From Octopus sinensis (lineage: Eukaryota), in assembly GCF_006345805.1 (NCBI RefSeq), contig NC_043015.1, positions 2,480,001 to 2,544,000 of the forward strand: DNA of 64,000 bases. Reading direction: 5' to 3'. Position 1 is the first letter of the stretch. Every line of letters begins with the position of its first letter. The translations under genes and the position numbers were made by a program. Of the stretch, positions 54,900 through 64,000 are shown one piece after another. The notes beneath the pieces were generated by a model that was not told the DNA's origin, searched no databases, and was given only the letters and a program-made list of their open reading frames with translations.

Positions 54900-56330
54900 A
54901 TTTAGGCAACATCGTGGTTGTTCTGCCTCTGCTATCACAGGGAACTGCAAAATCTGCGATTTCTCACTGTTAGATAAAGAGGTCCTCTATAATATGGGTC
55001 GTAATTATTGGGGGATTCACGTAAGATCTTGCAATTTTCAATTTCTATCAGTCTTCCGTTTAGTTCATAAAACTATTCTGTTCTTTTTTCAGTCACACAC
55101 TCGGCTGCCTCCCTATTTTTTTGTGTTAGTGAGATACCTTTAACAAAAAAGTAATTAATACTTTTACTTTTGTCTTCTTTGCATCATATTCTAAATTTAT
55201 GTGTGATGGAAATGTCTCGACTTTTACCTATATCAGATTTGTTTTGAGGGCTCATTTCTGAGCGACTATAATTATCGTTTCTGTCACTCATTTCCCGCAT
55301 ATCAAACAGAACCAGCAATCATTGCATCCAGTTGCCTCTGTTTGTCTTATGAATTGACAATTAGTTCCATTTCTTTCCATTATTTTTGTTCTGTGTTTCT
55401 TCTATTCATATCACTATTCTCATACTGTTTCCATCACCTGGCTGCCGAAAATCCCCTTTCTTTTCGCTAATCTCCATAGTTTTTCTATTCGGTTTCTGTA
55501 TCCGACTTCTATCCCATTCTGAAAGGAAACAGAGTATTTAAAAACGGGCGTCACACATGTATTTGTAGCTCGATGATGATGACTCCATTCAATTTTGTAT
55601 TGAACCCATTTCTAATTATCCCCTTGTGATTTCTTTCTCATTTCTCTTTCCATTATCCCATCGCCCTATAGTACTATTGGCGATTAGTAAACCTCATTAT
55701 TCCACAGCGGGAAAATTATATTGCTTTGCGGTGATTTTATGCGGGAATTTACCCTCCGGCCTCTCTTCGTCATTCGTATTGCGTATTTAGTTTCTCTAAT
55801 TGCATTCCCACTGCTTTCATTTTGGTTTCCATTTCTTGTCCAGTGCTTTTCCGAATCCTACGGAAAAAATCTTCAGTGTATACATTACAATGCTAAAGAA
55901 ATTAATCACATCTTCAGTTCTGATGTGCTCAGAATAAGCAAAGTTGTTATACATAGAATACTGCATCATACACCCTCAAAGGATATTGTAGACCTCTAGT
56001 CGCATACCACGGAAGCTATACAATGGTTTATACCCCCAACCTATGAAAATACATACAACTTGATTCAAGTATAATTCTAGCATCTCAAACATTATCTTTA
56101 ATAAGGCCCCAAAATTAGCACTTAAAATTCCCACCGAACTAGAAGCGATGTGTTTATAATTGTAGCAGCTCCTCGAACCGTTACACATTTTGACACGAAG
56201 CTATGGGCATCCTGATTACTTCGATACCTCAATCGGTTCTAGTGACACGTGCCAGGTGAATGCCATTCTGGGATGTAAAATAATCATTCTCTGAGATCAC
56301 TTGTCTACATCGGGATGACACCCAGTTTGT
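54900..56330 (-). mobile_element. Highly decayed CR1/L2-like LINE RT relic
   Basis: Purine-rich minus strand with YSFRGMR (cf. QHGFR..RS) followed by SVGFGKALDK (cf. YLDF.KAFDKV). Confidence 0.4.
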
Positions 56331-56734
56331 AGTCCAGATTTGTAGTAACAGTCAGATAGAACGATATAGAAAAAATAAATCATGTTTATATCTGTATATG
56401 TACAATTCTGTATGAATTTATGTATGCATGCATGTATATAGGTGTATGTGTGTATGAATGAGCCTAACTGTGTCACACATTTACTTATTTGAATGGACGG
56501 GTGTGCTTGTGAATGGAAATTTATATCTGTCTATGTGTGTATATGGACATTTATATACATATGTGCATTCGTATATTTTCATCAACTGGTATGTGAGAGT
56601 TTTTATGAATATATGTAAGTATATTGCTATCGATATGTTCTAGTGTTTCTCATTTCCGTGTGTACATGTTTTCATGATTTATATATGGGTATACTTAAGC
56701 GCATCTGCGTTACTAAGTTTGCGCATGTGCATAC

Positions 56735-56765
<31 letters not shown>

Positions 56766-56892
56766 TGCACGGGCGTGTTTTTTCTTTGATTATTTTTATT
56801 TTAATCAACTTACATTGAAATTGCATGGATAATACCGTGCTAAATTCTGGTGCCTCAATTTGAGTACCACTTTCATCTGAACCTCACTCTCT

Positions 56893-56942
<50 letters not shown>

Positions 56943-56967
56943 TATATATATACACCTTTAATATATG

Positions 56968-57054
<87 letters not shown>

Positions 57055-57109
57055 TTTATATATATATGCGCATATATATATATTATATATATAGATAGAT
57101 ATATTGTCT

Positions 57110-57320
57110 GCCATTGTTTATCCGCTCTGTGTTTAACCCTTTGTGGGTAGTAAAGAAATAGGTGCTTCGTCTAGGTGCTTTCTGAGTTCAACTTCCGCAG
57201 CGGTCAACTTTGCCTAACATTCTTTCGGGATCGACAATTTAAGTACTAGTTGCATACTGGGGCAGATGTAGTCGACTTATCTCTACTCCAAATATCTGGG
57301 CTTCTGCTTATGGCAGAAAG
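57110..57320 (+). mobile_element. Nin-domain SINE fragments (a tail followed by another body)
   Basis: ccctttgtgggtagtaaagaaatagg then gagttcaacttccgcagcggtcaactttgcc. Confidence 0.7.
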
Positions 57321-57439
57321 GATACAATCATCATCATCATCATCATCATCATCATATCTGTGATTCATTTTTTCCGCTTTTATACTGCAAGTACAGAAAC
57401 TAATCTGAATATCTATAATGAAAATCGACTGTATTGGGT

Positions 57440-57818
57440 CTCTTTACTCTCTCTTTTACTCTCTTTTACTTGTTTCAGGCATTTGACTGCGGCCATGCTG
57501 GAGCACCACCTTTTAGTACTTATTCTATCGGTCTCTTATGCCGAACCGCTAAGTGACGGGGACCTAAACACACCAGCAACGGTTGTCAAGCAATGCTAGG
57601 GGGACAAACACAGACACACAAACACACACACATATACATATATATACATATATACGACAGGCTTCTTTCAGTTTCCGTCTACCAAATCCACTCACAAGGC
57701 ATTGGTCGGCCCGGGGCTATAGCAGAAGACACTTGCCCAAGATGCCACGCAGTGGGACTGAACCCGCAACCGTGTCGTTGGTTAGCAAGCTACTTACCAC
57801 ACAGCCACTCCTGCGCCT
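57440..57818 (-). mobile_element. Near full-length SINE (family of 38593)
   Basis: Reverse complement of 38593-39002 with a short internal deletion. Confidence 0.93.
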
Positions 57819-58899
57819 ATATTCAATTTTTAATATCAAGCACATATTTTATGGAAATATTTTGGTGGATTTCTATTTTTACATGCTTTTTGTGAACTTT
57901 TATGACACTATACTTCAAAATAATGCGCAATGTTTATTCATTGACCGTAATTTCGGGTATGTATGGAGTATTTCGACAAAAGTACATTAACATTGTTGTT
58001 TTTGGTAATGCGTTATAGTTCTATAATTAAAATTGATAAGTAAAATACGCATGTATTTGTGTAGACAATTTGATAGTTATGGAACACGATAATATGTGTT
58101 TTAGTTGAATAGAAGGTATTCAATAAGTTATTAATGCATTTTTAACTGGAAACAAAGCATCATTTCCCAAGAGCTGATTCATTGTAATTGAACGTATTCG
58201 CATATATGTTACTTTAGATTAAACATTGAACGTGTGATTATTAAACTGCGTGAAACAGCATTCCAGAAAAAATTAATGATGGGAAAATATTTTGAAAATC
58301 TCCAGTTAATAATATTTTCTCATCAACGCACCCACTTTAAACATTTTGCAACACATCTACATTAAATATTTTATATATATATATATGTATGTATGTATTT
58401 GGAATGAAAATATAGACCGTCAAGATTCCGCTTGCCAAGCATCGGAATATTCACAATGTATTCCACCTATAAACAAATTATCTTCTGGTGTTTAGCCAAA
58501 AGAATAGGAATTCTTGTAGTTCAAATATGTATGATGAATGTATAAATAAATATGCTTATTGTAAATGCTATTTTTAAGTCATATAGCATTGAATATTTCA
58601 GAAATATATTCAGTTTACTGCATAAATACATAATTAAAACGGAGATGCATGTGTAGATGTAAGTTGTACACGAAATAGTTGTTCATTACCAAAATTGTAA
58701 CGTGGACAGACCAGGCATTGTCCTCATTTAATGGGAGACATTTACTCTCTGGGGAATACTATGCGTGCACTTGTTCAGGCGATATTCAGTTAACTGAAAC
58801 AATATTCTCTATATTACGCTGTTGCAGCGTAAATCTCATATAGGTAAATGAACGAATTCTTCCAGTATCTCGAGACTTACAACGACTGTTATGGACGTA

Positions 58900-60390
<1,491 letters not shown>

Positions 60391-61978
60391 TGTGGGTGGA
60401 AGTGTTATATCCATTCACGTATACACATATTTCAGAGTATGCGTGTGACTGTGTTCATCGGTGTGTTCGTGTTTGTGCGAATGTGTGCCTGTGTGTATTA
60501 GTGGCGTGTATATTTATGTCTGTCCTTATTTGGATGGATTATTGATTCAGTATATGTAATTATATTTCTTTCACACAAAATATCCAGACTAATGTATCGC
60601 TCCATATATATTTCACTTTCTGCTGTAAATGCTATACGTAAGCAACACCTACTCACAATCGTACAATCGCTCACACACAGAAATATAATCGCAACAGAGA
60701 CATAATTTGACATTTCATAACAATCTTAGACACATTAACATTGTCTGGCCGTATTTGTAATATTGGCTGTAGATATCACATCAAATAATTTTTTTTATTA
60801 ATGTATATGACTTCTCTAAGAAAATACATTCTGTCATAATACTTGAAATTACATATATTTTACGTGTTCCAGTCATTAGATTGCATCCAAGACGGGTCAC
60901 TCGAACGACTGTTGTACAATTCAGCCCTAGTATTAGTTTCTTGTACTTGATAATGCACGGTCTTTTGCCAAATCATTAAGTTACGAAAGTGCAATTAAAA
61001 CGTCAGAGGTTTCTAGAATTGAGGCGTTGAAGCACAAATACACACACACTCGTACACCCAAACGGCCCCATACATAAATACATACATACATATATATATA
61101 TATATATCACTTAGGAATAGCGATTTCAATTCCAGGCTATCACGTTACGAGTTTCTGATAAAATCCAGAACTGGTTATCCACATCGAAGGTTACGAAACA
61201 TTCACAATCATTAGACCATTTAGAATAGAGAACTAATTGTAATCCAATCGACTGGCCAATCTTCAGTTCGATTCAATCGATTTTATGTAGGATACTGAGT
61301 AAGCTATCTAACCATATTAATAAATAATAGAGAGTACACGTGTTGAAAATTCATTTCATAGAAATAATTTTCATTTTCTATTTCGCTTCGTGTTTCAGTT
61401 AATTAGATGTCTTAGGATCATTTGATGCGTAATGGTTTTCTGTCTTCACTCGAGTTGCGTTATATCAAAATAGGAACGGAGTATTACATCTATGTCCACA
61501 CATTCTACGAGTATCTTTATGTTGTGATTTAAGAAATACTTGCAAGTTATTAATAGCAGTTCGACCAACGACTTGCAAACACCTGTTATAATTCGGTTCT
61601 AAAGTCGGTTAGTGTGTTTCTTTTATGTGCGTTACCCTAATTAATCAACTCTACCATATTCGCTACGGCGATATCCCATAAAGCTATGAGAAATTTGATG
61701 GCTATTTGTAGCTCCTAGAACGTGTAAAATCAGTGTCAATTACATATATGCGCGTGTGTGCTTCTGTATGAACCTTTTACATGTATTAGAAAACGGTGAA
61801 ATTGCGTAGCGTCGAGGAGGCAGTGGGCTGAGAGGAAAATACTCTGATGACCAGAAATAATTGAGCGATCGAATGAAAACGAAATAAAACAACCGATTAG
61901 TACTGGCATGGTAGCCATCCCAATATACAACATTCAGTGTATCAATAAAAGTTCGTCCGTAAAATGCATTGAAAATAT

Positions 61979-62354
61979 GTGGAAGCATTCCGTCGGTTAC
62001 GACGATGAGGGTTCCGGTTGATCCGAATCAACGGAACAGCCTGCTCGTGAAATTAACGTGTAAGTGGCTGAGCACTCCATAGACACGTGTACCCTTAACG
62101 TAGTTCTCGGGGCTATTCAGCGTGACACAGAGAGTGACAAGGCCGGCCCCTTTAAATACAGGTACAACAGAAACAGGAAGTAAGAGTGAGAAAAAGTTGT
62201 GGTGAAAGAGTACAGCAGGGATCACCACCATCCCCTGCCGGAGGGAGCCTCGTGGAGCTTTAGGTGTTTTCGCTCAATAAACACTCACAACGCCCGGTCT
62301 GGGAATCGAAACCGCGAGTCCGCTGTCCTAACCACTGGGCAATTGTGCCTCCAT
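61979..62354 (-). mobile_element. Full-length tRNA(Arg)-like SINE flanked by a 94-bp direct repeat
   Basis: Family of 6058; flanks 61885-61978 and 62355-62448 differ at about 6 positions. Confidence 0.93.
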
Positions 62355-63439
62355 TAAAACAACCGATTAGTACTGGCATGGTAGCCATCCCAATATACAA
62401 CATTTTGTGTATCAATAAAAGATCGTTCGTAAAATGCATTGCGAATATAACAATTCGTTAAATGAAATAACTTTCACATTCTACTTATTAGCTTTATTTT
62501 CCGATTATCGCTTTCCTTTCAGTCACATACATTCTATGCGCTAAAATCGAAGGATAAACACAGGAAATAATGAAAATATTATAATAGTAAATTCACATTG
62601 CGGAATGTAACGGGAAAAATACAACGTCTTCGAAAATAGATTTTTTGCACAACCTTTAGTATAACGTACATTACTATTTTTCTGCATGAAGTGTCATTCA
62701 TTGCCCCATCTCGTCCGTGACACATTCAGTCTTCATACAATATCTGGCTTAGTGTTGGGTTGTCTTGACTGCGTTATTTCCATTTGCCAAGTAAACACGA
62801 TATGAATTGTTTACCAATCGTCAGTTTAAGGAAACTAAAATGATGTAGATTTTCTAATGTTTTATGTTTCTTTAAAGTGGTTCTTAAAACGCCCTCAAAT
62901 TAGTGAATATCGAAAGGTAACTTATAGGATATATATATTTCTTGAGGAATCAGGAAATTGTTATGCTTTATGTGAGTATAAGAGTATAAATATTATATTT
63001 GGATAAAGTCATAAGTATTAATTCTTAGAAATTCGCTCACCGGTTTTTGTTTCTTAATATTTCTGAATGTATCCGGCAGTTTTAAGAATGTCATCGAATA
63101 AAAATACAGTAGAAAGGAGGCACAAGCTACAATAGGTGATCGTGTTAATAAAAATATCAATTTTCACCCTTCCTAAATATCACAATGGTCCCAACACAAT
63201 ATTTCATATAATCCTTGCAAAACAAATTAAAAATCAAAATTTTATACGCTGATATCAGTGACAGCTAGACATCATGTAAATAAATATAGAGTAGCGGATT
63301 ATATAAGTGGTATGGTTTCGAACAATATACTCTATTCTCTTCCATTCTTTCTAAATCCAACACAGGATGATTTAATTTTAATTATTTAATAAATAACGGT
63401 TTCACAGTTTGTCAAAACCTAGCAAGTTTGAGAAAAGAG

Positions 63440-63575
63440 CTAAGTGGAATATATTGACCCCGATGCTTTACTGGAGCTTATGTTATCGACCCAGAAAAGA
63501 TGAAAGGCTAAAGCGACGTCAGCGGAATTTGAACACAGAATGTAAAAACGTGCGAAATGTCGCAAAGTGTACTAA
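63440..63575 (-). mobile_element. Decayed Nin-domain SINE
   Basis: cgacccagaaaagatgaaaggctaaagcgacgtcagcggaatttgaacacagaatg. Confidence 0.7.
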
Positions 63576-64000
63576 ATATTACACGGATAGATACAATCGG
63601 GTTGCCTGTTGGTTACTGCATGACCATATCAGAATTACGGAACCCAATAAATTCTGAAAGTAAAATGATTTATACATGAAATAGTAACTTTGTGCGCATA
63701 AATAACAATCTTATAATTTGTTACATTTTTCGGAATATATCTTCGCTCTGTTTTTCACATACATTTTAAACATTGATAACACACCCAAATACATATTAAG
63801 ATAGTATGAACACTCCATAACTGTGATACATACAATAAAGAGAAGAATTCTGATATAACCATATTTCAGAAAGCAGGGAAAACGCTAGCTATAAAATAAA
63901 TTATTACTCAATTTCAAAAACTGATACGGAGTCATAAACCCTAAACAAAACGTTACAATGATTGATTGAATCACAGACAAAATTTATAAGGATTTAACGA

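Noticed and set aside
58625-58845. Cys-containing peptides suggestive of EGF repeats (NGDACVD, YACTCSG)
   Set aside because: They lie in different frames with in-frame stops, and no consistent splice model joins them.

Overview
AT-rich eukaryotic, essentially non-coding DNA. The SINE families and the dense (TA)n/(CA)n/(ATT)n microsatellites point to an octopus genome (inference). I could not identify any host protein-coding gene with confidence. Nearly all ORFs in the track are microsatellite or SINE artefacts or transposon relics. Recognisable content: at least five tRNA-derived SINE types (CORE-like and Nin-domain), a non-autonomous Helitron, mariner, Tc1 and probable Chapaev3-type transposase relics, RTE-like and CR1/L2-like LINE relics, and many Penelope-like element (PLE) pieces (GIY-YIG, RT, pseudo-LTRs). 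The main unexplained signal is about 13 minimal type I hammerhead-ribozyme motifs from roughly 7 unrelated sequence families. They include compensatory U3:A8 and U4C core variants, and three copies spaced 543-544 nt apart in a head-to-tail tandem array resembling a retrozyme or tandem pLTR. That array lies in a complex 21.7-25.2 kb block that also holds a ~630-bp palindrome and a SINE-to-GIY-YIG fusion. All ribozyme calls are by-eye folds; none was computed or tested.
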